Source of the DNA: Terriglobia bacterium
GTDB lineage: Bacteria > Acidobacteriota > Terriglobia > Bryobacterales > Bryobacteraceae
Direction of reading: 5' to 3'
Length of the DNA: 64,000 nt
Assembly: GCA_963849535.1 (NCBI GenBank)
Contig: CAWKHJ010000004.1
Span: 195,977-259,976 of the forward strand
Shown: positions 56,135 through 64,000 of the stretch, one piece after another
How positions within the stretch are numbered: position 1 is the first letter of the stretch
Layout of the letters: each line of letters begins with the position of its first letter
The notes under the pieces: model-generated
The model's input: the letters and a program-made list of their open reading frames with translations, nothing else
What the model was told of the DNA's origin: nothing
Database searches by the model: none
Position numbers and translations under genes: made by a program

Positions 56135-56746
56135 TCAGCGGACATGTCGTAACTGGTCGAAGGCACCAATCAAGAGACACAGACCTAGAACGAAACACAC
56201 GATGCGCGAGGGCAGAGTAGCCCAAAGCTTGTCAGGCAGTGGAAAACCAAATTCACGAAAGCGTCTGCCGAAAGCGCCATAGAGGGCGAAGGCAATACTC
56301 GCCAGTAGCAAAAAGAGGCCGTTTCGTACAGGATGCAGGTAGGTTTGGCTTTCTGGATCGACCAAGATCGCAAGCATATTGTCTAAGTGACCGAACACGA
56401 GCCCTTTCACTTTATCGCGAAGATCCAGTAGGTCGCGCAGTTCGGAAATCCGGTTCGAGAAAGTTGATTGTGGAGGCCCTCGCCGGTCATTCGCGAAGAA
56501 CACCGGCGCTCCAACGCTTGTCCACTCGTCTGTGTAATCGGCGATGCTGTGATCTGAGATCCGGGCCCGTGACTGGGCCTGATCCGGTTCTGGGCGATGC
56601 TGTTCAGGCCGTGCCCGGCATAAACAGCGATAGCCAAAACTGTGCTCCGGCCAACCTTTAATCCGGCCCAGGACAGCTGCTGGACCGAAGCTGGGCAGGC
56701 CCTTGGTTGTGTTAAGACGCACGCTGAAAACGCAGCCATGCCACAA
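56135..56746 (-). CDS. hypothetical membrane protein (start unclear)
   Basis: Only the C-terminal ~70 aa look convincing (two hydrophobic helices LFLLLASIAFALYGAF, IVCFVLGLCLLIGAF). I recognise no family. Confidence 0.3.
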   Translation of the reverse strand: MWHGCVFSVRLNTTKGLPSFGPAAVLGRIKGWPEHSFGYRCLCRARPEQHRPEPDQAQSRARISDHSIADYTDEWTSVGAPVFFANDRRGPPQSTFSNRISELRDLLDLRDKVKGLVFGHLDNMLAILVDPESQTYLHPVRNGLFLLLASIAFALYGAFGRRFREFGFPLPDKLWATLPSRIVCFVLGLCLLIGAFDQLRHVR

Positions 56747-56854
56747 CTGGATGGCAAATTCATGAGCGCTTTCATACGCGCCACGAAGAAGGCTGCTGCG
56801 CTCCGCGGTGCTGCGCGTGAGCGAGGCATTGCTCAGTAGTATATTGATCGGTTC

Positions 56855-57802
56855 ATGATCCTACTTCGAAGTCATAATCGCCTGGGCATGAGCGCACTAA
56901 TGGCGCTGGTCGTAATGCTGACGGGCGATCCTACTGGAGCCGCGGAGGAGTCAGTTCGAACTACCGAGGTCACGCCCCACCTGCTCGTCTTCGCCACTAG
57001 CTCGGGCAACGTCATTGCGTCCGTGGGAGCGGACGGGGCTTTTCTCGTAGGAACACCATCTGTAGCGAGCACTGCCCAGATCAGCAGAGAGCTTGCCAGC
57101 CGGACGAAGTCGGCTGCGCGCTACGTTGTGATCTTTCCGGAAGATCTGGCGCACTCGGAAGGCGATGCGGGATGGGGAAAGCGCGGCGCCTTTGTCGCGA
57201 TGCAGGAGAAGGCGCTGGAACGTCTGGGCGGCCACGTTATGGGCACCCCACCGCCTCTGCCGTCCCGCTTGATCGAGCTCGGGGTCGACCGCCCGCGCAT
57301 TGCTTTCTCAGAGGTGCTGACTTTCGATCTGAACGGAGAGGCGATACACGTCGTTCATCAGCCGCCAGCGTACAGCAAGGGTGACGCCCTGGTGCATTTT
57401 CACGTGGCGGGCCTGCTTTATTTCGGCGAGGTATTTCCGGGCGATGGCTATCCGGAGTTTGACCCGCGGCAAGGTGGCAACTTAGATGGCTTTATAAAGA
57501 TGCTGAGTCCCTGGACGGAGCCTGGGGTTCGCGTTGTGCCGGCTCGCGGGAAGGTCATGAACGGCACCGATCTCAAAGCTTTCTGCGAAATGATCGCGAC
57601 CGTTCGCGATCGTGTGCGGCATATGATCGACGCCGGCCGGACGGAGGATCAAGCTGTAGCGCGCATCCGACCGCGGAATTCGACGTACGATGGGGACACG
57701 GGCGCGTGCCTCCCGACACGTTTGTCCGCGCGATTTATGCAGCGCTCAAAGCGCCACGGAGCCGCTAATTTTGGATGCGGGGACGCGCGCTTGGTTTGCT
57801 AG
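56855..57802 (+). CDS. MBL-fold-like secreted protein (degenerate metal motif), 3' frameshift; likely true stop at 57768
   Basis: After ..GRTEDQAV (~57655) the family-like reading AHPTAEFDVRWGHGRVPPDTFVRAIYAALKAPRSR* is in the +2 frame. The track ORF tail (RIRPRNSTYDGDTGACL..) looks non-coding. Confidence 0.6.
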   Translation: MILLRSHNRLGMSALMALVVMLTGDPTGAAEESVRTTEVTPHLLVFATSSGNVIASVGADGAFLVGTPSVASTAQISRELASRTKSAARYVVIFPEDLAHSEGDAGWGKRGAFVAMQEKALERLGGHVMGTPPPLPSRLIELGVDRPRIAFSEVLTFDLNGEAIHVVHQPPAYSKGDALVHFHVAGLLYFGEVFPGDGYPEFDPRQGGNLDGFIKMLSPWTEPGVRVVPARGKVMNGTDLKAFCEMIATVRDRVRHMIDAGRTEDQAVARIRPRNSTYDGDTGACLPTRLSARFMQRSKRHGAANFGCGDARLVC

Positions 57803-57823
57803 ACTAGAGCATTCCGGAGAAGC

Positions 57824-57899
57824 GGCCAGGTAGCTCAGTCGGTAGAGCGCAGCCCTGAAAAGGCTGGCGTCGGCGGTTCGATTCCGTCCCTGGCCACCA
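57824..57899 (+). tRNA. tRNA-Phe (anticodon GAA)
   Basis: A cloverleaf was folded by hand: acceptor GGCCAGG/CCTGGCC, D-arm GCTC-AGTCGGTA-GAGC, anticodon arm CAGCC-CTGAAAA-GGCTG, T-arm GGCGG-TTCGATT-CCGTC, discriminator A, and an encoded CCA. Confidence 0.9.
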
Positions 57900-57902
57900 C
57901 AG

Positions 57903-58187
57903 AATCAATAAGTTACAGGGCAGCCAACGACATACGGGGGAGCGCTCATTGGGAAACCAGTCGCATGCCCGGACCTCCACATCGAACGCTTCGCGATCGG
58001 CCAGCTTGGCCAGGGCGTAATCGAGCTCCGGCAGGCGGCTTTCTGGCCAATTCCAACTGAACGTCTTAATGTGAAGATTATCGACCGGAGTCCACTTGAC
58101 CAAGGTTTCCGGTCGGAGCGACGCAATCAGCCGATCAAGACGTAATAGCATTTCGACAGGGAGTTCGATAGCGGTAAACAGTCGCAT
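57903..58187 (-). pseudogene. thpR: RNA 2',3'-cyclic phosphodiesterase (ThpR/LigT-like), N-terminal half only, truncated at the tRNA 3' end
   Basis: MRLFTAIELPVEMLLRLDRLI...VDNLHIKT...AFDVEVRACDWFPNERSPV follows the ThpR first-half pattern. The second HxT lobe is absent, and the open frame simply reads into the antisense of the tRNA. Confidence 0.5.
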
Positions 58188-58673
58188 AGAGCAATCTACT
58201 GGGCTAATGTTCTAGCTTATCTTCGGATTCTGCGCATAACAAATCCGATTTGAAATAACCGCTTCGAAGAGGTTAAATTGAACGACGGTTAGGTTAGGGG
58301 TCTACGAATTTAGTCGAAAACGCAAATCTGAAGCCATATTCAATATGTCCGGAAATGAAGAGTCCGGTTCTGGGAAACCACTCCGGACGAACACAGGCCC
58401 GAGGAGGTCAAATTGGCGGGTGGTCGGCTATGCTTCCTTGTGCTTAAGAGCACCGGTGCGGGAGGTGCAAGCGCTGTTTACGTTCGACAATTCACGGAAG
58501 CGAATGTAATCGCACTGGGTGTACTCTGCTTTGCAGGACGCCTGATTGCTATCACTGCTTTGCAATAGAATCTGTAATCCTAATCTGTGATTGGACAAGC
58601 ATAGAAGGTATGCCCGTAGAGGGGGTAAAGGACATTCGCTGGATGGCCAGCAGATCCATCAAGATAAGTCGAC

Positions 58674-61600
58674 ATGAAATCACACGATACCCGAATCGGA
58701 GCAGTAGGAATTGACCACGTCGAGAACTCCTCCCCGCCCGCGTTCAAACTAACGCGCCTTTTCGATACTAAATCCCTAACGCCGGTCGCCATTGCCTCCC
58801 CCTATAAAACCCGGGTCGAAGGCCGCCCCGACTCGGACTTGATGCGCGAGTTGCGCTGGTATCTGGAACACTTTCTCGATTACCCATTCCATCCCGAAAT
58901 AGGTCATGCCGAGCACGTCCTCGATGCGCTCAAAGCCTGGGGCACTCAAGCCTTCAATGCGCTCTTCGACCGTCGCGACGCCGGAGACTGGCTTGCTGGC
59001 TCCAGCATTCTGCAAATCCGCAGCGATGATCCCTGCATTCTCTCCTGGCCCTGGGAAGCCCTGCTGGATCCACAAGCCGGTAGTTACTTGGCTCATCAGC
59101 ATCGTGTGGAACGCCGGCCTAACCGACTCCCTGACCCGCTGTCTATGGCCGACCTTCCTGGTAATCGCGTTAACATCCTGCTCGTGGTTGCGCGTCCCTA
59201 TGAGGAGGATGTCCGCTACCGCTCGGTCGCTCGTCCGCTGATTGAGTTGATCCAGTCACGAGGCCTGCCCGCGCATGTCGATGTGTTGCGGCCGCCAACT
59301 TTTGACCAGCTGCGCGATCACCTGCGCGCCCATCCCGGTTACTACCACGTCCTCCACTTTGACGGTCACGGGGCTTACGGCGATGGCCACGGCCAGTATT
59401 CACCCCATCGGTTTCGGGCACTCCACGGCTGCCTGGTGTTCGAGAACGAAGCTGGGGAACCCGACCCTAAATCCGCCAGCGATCTAAGTGTCCTATTGCG
59501 CGAATACGCGGTACCCGCCGTGGTCCTGAACGCCTGTCAGTCCGCCACCCTGGATGAGAAAGCCGAGGACGCCTTCGCTACCGTCGCCACGGCACTTCTT
59601 CAAAGTGGAATGCGGAGCGTAGTGGCCATGGCCTATTCGCTGTATGTCAGCGGCGCACAGGTCTTCTTGCCCGCATTCTACCGCCGTCTGTTCGAATCCG
59701 GCAGTGTCGCGGAGGCAGTCCGCGCTGGGAGGCAGCAGATGCTGGCCAACAAAAACCGCGTCTCCGCTTGTGGCCCGTACCCGCTGGAGGATTGGCTGCT
59801 GCCGGTGCTCTACCAGCAAGATCCGCTGGACTTCCATTTCGCCACGCAAGCCAAGCTTGAGATCCGCGAGTCGCGTTTGCCTACTGAAGTACGAGGCTAT
59901 CGCGACGAGTACGGCTTTGTGGGCCGCGACGGTGTAATTCTTGAGATGGAGCGGGCGCTCCACCGGAAAGCTCCCTGCATTCTGGTGCAGGGCCTAGGAG
60001 GTGTCGGCAAGACGACCTTAGCGCGTGGCTTCCTGAGCTGGTTGGATGAAACCGGCGGGCTGGATCGCGCGCTGTGGTTTGACTTCCGCGAGATCCGCAC
60101 TGCCGAGTATGTGCTCAACCGTACGGGCGAGGTGTTCTACGGGGAGAACTTCGGCGCGGCATCGAATAAGCTTGAACTGCTCGCCCGTGCGCTGAAAAAG
60201 AATCGGGTCCTGATGGTGTGGGATAACTTCGAATCGGCGGCGGAAAACCTCATAGGCGAGGACCGCACGGAGTTAGGCCGCTTTCTGGATGTCATTCGCG
60301 ACACGCGCGGGAAGGTGATCATTACCAGCTGTTCGCGCGAGGAATGGCTCGGGCCGTCTCGGCGGTTCGAACTCGGTTTGCGTGGTTTGGATGGCGAGGA
60401 GCGCTGGGAATACTGCGACGCCATCCTTCGCGAGCTTGGATTGAAAGTGAAGCGGGACGATCCGGAGCTGAGCAAACTGATCAACCAGTTGGCCGGCCAT
60501 CCCCTCGCCATGCGCGTGGTGCTGCCCAAGCTGGAGCACATGCCTGCAGCGAAGGTGGCGGAGGCGCTGCGGACCAATCTCGCCGAGCTGGGTTTAAATG
60601 AGCAGGAGGAACAGAGCCGGCTCTTTGCGACGCTTCGTTTTGTCGAGCAGGGATTGCCGGAAGAGTTGCGGCCGCTGCTGGGACTGGTTGGGCTGCACGA
60701 GGCGTATGTGGACGCTGATTACCTGGAAGCGATGGCGAAACAGGTCAATCCTAACTGGACACGCTCACAGATTGACCAGCTCCTCGCGGCGCTCAGCGGT
60801 GCCGGACTGGTGCGGGAGATCGGAAACGCTACTTGTGAGATGCACCCCTTGCTCACCAGCTATCTGCGTTCCCAAAGTGCTCCGGAAGCCTGCCAGCACG
60901 CCTTCGTAGACATTATGGGTAGCGTTGCGTATGACCTGGTGCCGCGACCACACCACGACCAACGCATTCCATTTCTCCTGTATGGGGCGAATTTTCGCTT
61001 CGCCCGGCATCTCTCAGAAAAGTTGGATATAAATAAGCGCTTCGTCATGCTGACCCAATCAATCGGCGTGTACGCGGTGCATTCTCGAGAGTTCATTGAG
61101 GCCTCCCGGTTGTTTGCGCAATTGGCCCAGTATGCGGCGGCACGTGCTGACTCCAGCGAGGAAGCCGCCGCGTATCACCAACTGGGAATTGTTGCTGCAG
61201 AGCAGCGAGACTTCCAGGCGGCACAGGATTGGTATCTCAAATCCTTGGCCATTTCAGAGAAGTTGAAAAACTTGGAATTTAAGGCTAATACGTGCTATCA
61301 ACTGGGCAGGGTGGAGCACGAGAACCGCAATCTCGAGGCGGCACGGGACTGGTATGTTGAAGCCCTCTCCGTTTCGGAGGGGCAAGACCAGCTTCAGCGC
61401 ACCACCTCTATTTATCACGAAATTGGGAATATCGCCCAGGAGCAAGAGGATTTCGAGAGTGCCAGAGAATGGTATCTCAAATCCCTCGCCATCTCAGAGA
61501 AGCTGGGCGACCTGTATAGTGCTGCCAACACCTATCACGAGTTGGGCATCATTACATACGAACAGGAGGACTTCGAGACAGCGAGAGAATGGTACCTCAA

Positions 61601-62471
61601 ATCCCTCGCCATTTCCGAAAGGCAAGGCAGCCCGGGCAGTGCAAATGCCTATCACGGGCTGGGAAATATCGCTTGGCGACAGCGAGATTTCGAGACGGCG
61701 AGGGAATGGTTTCTGAACTCCATTACGCTTTCAGAGCGATTGGGCAACTTGCATGGTGCCGCGCTTAGTTATCAACAACTAGGAAGAATCAGCCAGGAGC
61801 AAGGGGATCTTGAGACAGCACGCGGGTGGCATCTCAAATCCCTCGCCATCTTAGAAAAGATAGGCGATCCCCAGAACGCTGCTCGTAGCTATGACCAACT
61901 GGGAAGGATCGCCGAAGAGCGGCGTGATTTCAAAGCGGCACAGGAGTATCTTCTTAAATTCGTCACCATTTCGGAGCAATTAGGCAAGCTGCGCGATGTA
62001 GCCGTCACATATCACGAATTGGGCATCATCGCCCAGGAGCAAGGGGATTTCGAGACAGCGAGAGAATGGTATCTCAAATCCCTCACCATCTCCGAAGAGC
62101 AAGGCAACCTGCATGATGGTGCCAGTGCCTATCACCAACTGGGAATTATTGCTGCGGAGCAGCGTGATTTCGATGCGGCACGCGAGTGGTTTCTCACATC
62201 CCTTTCCATTTCAGAAAACTCCGGCAAGCTCCGCAATGCTGCCCGCACGTACGGCGAACTGGGAGTTCTCGCAGCGCTACAAGGCAGATTCGAGGAGAGT
62301 GGGAGATGGCTTACTCGCTCCAGCAGTGAGTTCCAACGGATGCAAGACCAGCACGCAATGGAACGCAATTCCCGGAACTTCCTTCTGACGTATCAGCTAG
62401 CATCCCCGGGCGACAAAGAAAAACTCACCGTCATGTGGCAGGCAGCGGGTCTCGGGCGCTTTCCCGCCTAA
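58674..62471 (+). CDS. CHAT (caspase-like) protease domain + NB-ARC/STAND P-loop NTPase + TPR-repeat protein
   Basis: 1265-aa intact ORF. The CHAT dyad contexts are YHVLHFDGHG (His232) and AVVLNACQSA (Cys288). Walker A is GLGGVGKTTLA (Lys446) and Walker B is VLMVWDNFE. About 10 tandem 40-aa TPR-like repeats fill the last 400 aa. Confidence 0.9.
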   Translation: MKSHDTRIGAVGIDHVENSSPPAFKLTRLFDTKSLTPVAIASPYKTRVEGRPDSDLMRELRWYLEHFLDYPFHPEIGHAEHVLDALKAWGTQAFNALFDRRDAGDWLAGSSILQIRSDDPCILSWPWEALLDPQAGSYLAHQHRVERRPNRLPDPLSMADLPGNRVNILLVVARPYEEDVRYRSVARPLIELIQSRGLPAHVDVLRPPTFDQLRDHLRAHPGYYHVLHFDGHGAYGDGHGQYSPHRFRALHGCLVFENEAGEPDPKSASDLSVLLREYAVPAVVLNACQSATLDEKAEDAFATVATALLQSGMRSVVAMAYSLYVSGAQVFLPAFYRRLFESGSVAEAVRAGRQQMLANKNRVSACGPYPLEDWLLPVLYQQDPLDFHFATQAKLEIRESRLPTEVRGYRDEYGFVGRDGVILEMERALHRKAPCILVQGLGGVGKTTLARGFLSWLDETGGLDRALWFDFREIRTAEYVLNRTGEVFYGENFGAASNKLELLARALKKNRVLMVWDNFESAAENLIGEDRTELGRFLDVIRDTRGKVIITSCSREEWLGPSRRFELGLRGLDGEERWEYCDAILRELGLKVKRDDPELSKLINQLAGHPLAMRVVLPKLEHMPAAKVAEALRTNLAELGLNEQEEQSRLFATLRFVEQGLPEELRPLLGLVGLHEAYVDADYLEAMAKQVNPNWTRSQIDQLLAALSGAGLVREIGNATCEMHPLLTSYLRSQSAPEACQHAFVDIMGSVAYDLVPRPHHDQRIPFLLYGANFRFARHLSEKLDINKRFVMLTQSIGVYAVHSREFIEASRLFAQLAQYAAARADSSEEAAAYHQLGIVAAEQRDFQAAQDWYLKSLAISEKLKNLEFKANTCYQLGRVEHENRNLEAARDWYVEALSVSEGQDQLQRTTSIYHEIGNIAQEQEDFESAREWYLKSLAISEKLGDLYSAANTYHELGIITYEQEDFETAREWYLKSLAISERQGSPGSANAYHGLGNIAWRQRDFETAREWFLNSITLSERLGNLHGAALSYQQLGRISQEQGDLETARGWHLKSLAILEKIGDPQNAARSYDQLGRIAEERRDFKAAQEYLLKFVTISEQLGKLRDVAVTYHELGIIAQEQGDFETAREWYLKSLTISEEQGNLHDGASAYHQLGIIAAEQRDFDAAREWFLTSLSISENSGKLRNAARTYGELGVLAALQGRFEESGRWLTRSSSEFQRMQDQHAMERNSRNFLLTYQLASPGDKEKLTVMWQAAGLGRFPA
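61170..62340 (+). repeat. intragenic tandem array of ~120-nt units (one of 117 nt) encoding TPR-like repeats
   Basis: The recurrent DNA block AGAGAATGGTA(T/C)CTCAAATCCCTC(G/A)CCAT occurs at 61464, 61584 and 62061. The peptide consensus is YHxLGxIAxEQxDFExAREWYLKSLAISExxGxL. Confidence 0.7.
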
Positions 62472-62852
62472 ATTTGAACGATGATCGCCATTAACGACGA
62501 AATTTCAATCCACATTTTCAAAGGCAACCGCTCAAGCGGGCCTCTGACCGCATAATAACCCTCGTAAAGCAAGAATTGTGGAATGTAGAACGTCATCGTC
62601 GTACGCTTTGATGTCCCCCGGGAGGAACCTCATCTTTGGAAGCTTCGATCGTGCCCAGATTGGCACTACTGCGGCCTTAATTTCCGAGCGGCTGATGGCA
62701 CGGTAGCCGACGGACTCACATCATTAGCCTTTTACCGAATCTTCCGCTGTGACGTCTCGAGTCTGCCAAAACACAAGGGCCAGCCTCTGTTAAGCTGTAT
62801 CAAGTCTGCGTGTGGAATGTGCCCATTAGCGAGTGGAGAGTAGAGAACGGTC

Positions 62853-63959
62853 ATGTCGATCCAAAGATTAGCGATCGTTGTCCCGGGAATTCTAGGGAGC
62901 GCTCTGTACTCGCCGCGTCGACCCGTAAATCTTGAACTCTGGGGCGAAAATCTTTACAGTAATTACGTCGGCCTGATAGACCAACCTGGTCTTCTCGAAT
63001 TTCGCGGCACGGCAGCGCACGCGCGGATCATCAAGAAGGTTTTCATCTCAAATAAAATACTCTGGCCCAAAGCTAGTCTTTACGACGGCCTCATTGAGCG
63101 GCTGTTGCAGGACTCGGAGTTCGGACCATCTTCAGTGCTCGAATGCGCGTACGACTGGCGCGACTCGATACTTAATTCTTCTGACACAATCGTGGCATCG
63201 ATCTCCAAACAGTGGAAGCTCGACCTGCGCGCTACGCCCTCATCGACCGAACCAAAGCTAGTCTTATTCACTCACAGTTTAGGCGGCCTTGTCGTGAGGG
63301 CGGCGGTTGCGAAGGGAACCTTGAACCCCGACCGCATCGATCGATTGATCCACATCGGCACCCCACTTCGTGGGTCGCCATCCGCATTCCGTACCGCCTT
63401 CTCTAAAACGGATCTTCCTATGTTCGACGAGCTGTTTAGATTTCTCAGAGTTCTCCGTAGGGAAGATTTCAAAGCTATGCTTCTAGCTTCCTTTCGAACG
63501 TTTCCTTCGGTTTTTCAGCTGATGCCGCACGCTGATATTCGATATCTTTTCTACTCTCCGCTTCTTCGTGGGAACCCACTCGCCGAAGATATCATCTCGA
63601 AAGAAATGTTGTCTCATGCCCGTGAGGGCCACGATGCAGTTCGCGGTTCAGATCTCATCCTTTTCCAAAGACGCGTCCCAGTTTTCACTATCTATACGGA
63701 AGCATGTGCCAGGAAGAAAACAGACTATGAGTATCGAGTTAAGGCCATAGCGCGGCCGGCGAGCTACGAAATCTTAGGTGTCCATCACAGTGACTTCACC
63801 GGCGACGGAACCGTGCCGTCGTATTCCGCAATGGGAAGCGACCTGTGCAAGAGGGTACCTCTTGCAGATGTGAAACATGCTCAAATGTGTAGCTCTAGGC
63901 ATGTCATTAACTCTGCCATGAAGCTGCTCGACACGTCTGCTACGGAGATGTCAACGTGA
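62853..63959 (+). CDS. LCAT/PGAP1-like alpha/beta hydrolase (putative lipase/acyltransferase)
   Basis: Motifs in family order are VVPGILGSAL, YDWRDS, LFTHSLGGLVVRAA (nucleophile elbow), IGTPLRGSP and TGDGTVPSYSA. Confidence 0.7.
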   Translation: MSIQRLAIVVPGILGSALYSPRRPVNLELWGENLYSNYVGLIDQPGLLEFRGTAAHARIIKKVFISNKILWPKASLYDGLIERLLQDSEFGPSSVLECAYDWRDSILNSSDTIVASISKQWKLDLRATPSSTEPKLVLFTHSLGGLVVRAAVAKGTLNPDRIDRLIHIGTPLRGSPSAFRTAFSKTDLPMFDELFRFLRVLRREDFKAMLLASFRTFPSVFQLMPHADIRYLFYSPLLRGNPLAEDIISKEMLSHAREGHDAVRGSDLILFQRRVPVFTIYTEACARKKTDYEYRVKAIARPASYEILGVHHSDFTGDGTVPSYSAMGSDLCKRVPLADVKHAQMCSSRHVINSAMKLLDTSATEMST

Positions 63960-64000
63960 GTGCGATCCGATTCTTTGGTGTTGGTAAGAGCCGGTTGCAG
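63956..64000 (+). CDS. start of a further ORF translationally coupled to the lipase gene (truncated by window end)
   Basis: The GTG overlaps the lipase stop (GTGA). The frame is open (VSAIRFFGVGKSRLQ) to the end of the window. Confidence 0.3.
   Translation, partial: MSAIRFFGVGKSRLQ

Noticed and set aside
58344-58505. A 53-codon ORF (MSGNEESGSGKPLRTNTGPRR...) in the 480-bp intergenic region upstream of the CHAT-NB-ARC-TPR gene, considered as a small partner protein.
   Set aside because: It has no RBS and no recognisable motif, and its composition is not clearly coding. It cannot be supported without conservation data.
61170-62340. The regular 120-nt periodicity was considered as a CRISPR-like or other non-coding repeat array.
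   Set aside because: The repeats are in frame inside a continuous 1265-aa ORF and encode TPR-like helices. There is no spacer/repeat architecture and there are no cas genes.

Overview
This is a GC-rich (about 55-60% by eye) bacterial chromosomal window. Its gene content resembles soil Acidobacteriota, which is an inference I cannot verify here: System I cytochrome c maturation with a Cys-type CcmE, exported GH78 and GH127 glycosidases, an S9 peptidase, phospholipase C, TPR/CHAT proteins, and an SWK..RTVRRWE-type HTH. Layout: (1) 0-9 kb holds small detox/stress genes (TetR, VOC, DUF1569, DHFR-like) and three copies of a conserved upstream element. (2) 9-20 kb is an accessory block full of decayed genes: an IS630 plus a truncated second copy, NTF2-like paralogs, a Kelch gene with compensating frameshifts, a heavily frameshifted TPR-CHAT gene, and a frameshifted ECF sigma/anti-sigma pair. 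(3) 20-33 kb holds phospholipase C, a relic vapBC, the S9 peptidase and ccmEFH...ccmABCD. (4) 33-42 kb holds the glycosidases, opine/hydroxyproline-oxidase-like genes and a methyltransferase. (5) 42.8-49.8 kb is a gmd-linked glycan cluster with coiled-coil-tailed enzymes. (6) At 49.9 kb there is a candidate selenoprotein peroxiredoxin (in-frame TGA at the catalytic Cys position plus a downstream hairpin). (7) 57.8-64 kb has tRNA-Phe followed by an intact 1265-aa CHAT-NB-ARC-TPR STAND protein and an LCAT-like lipase operon; this is my top candidate for an undescribed conflict/defence module. Many genes show frame disruptions, so real pseudogenisation versus indel errors must be resolved before functional claims. 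All family assignments come from motif recognition by eye. No database search was run.
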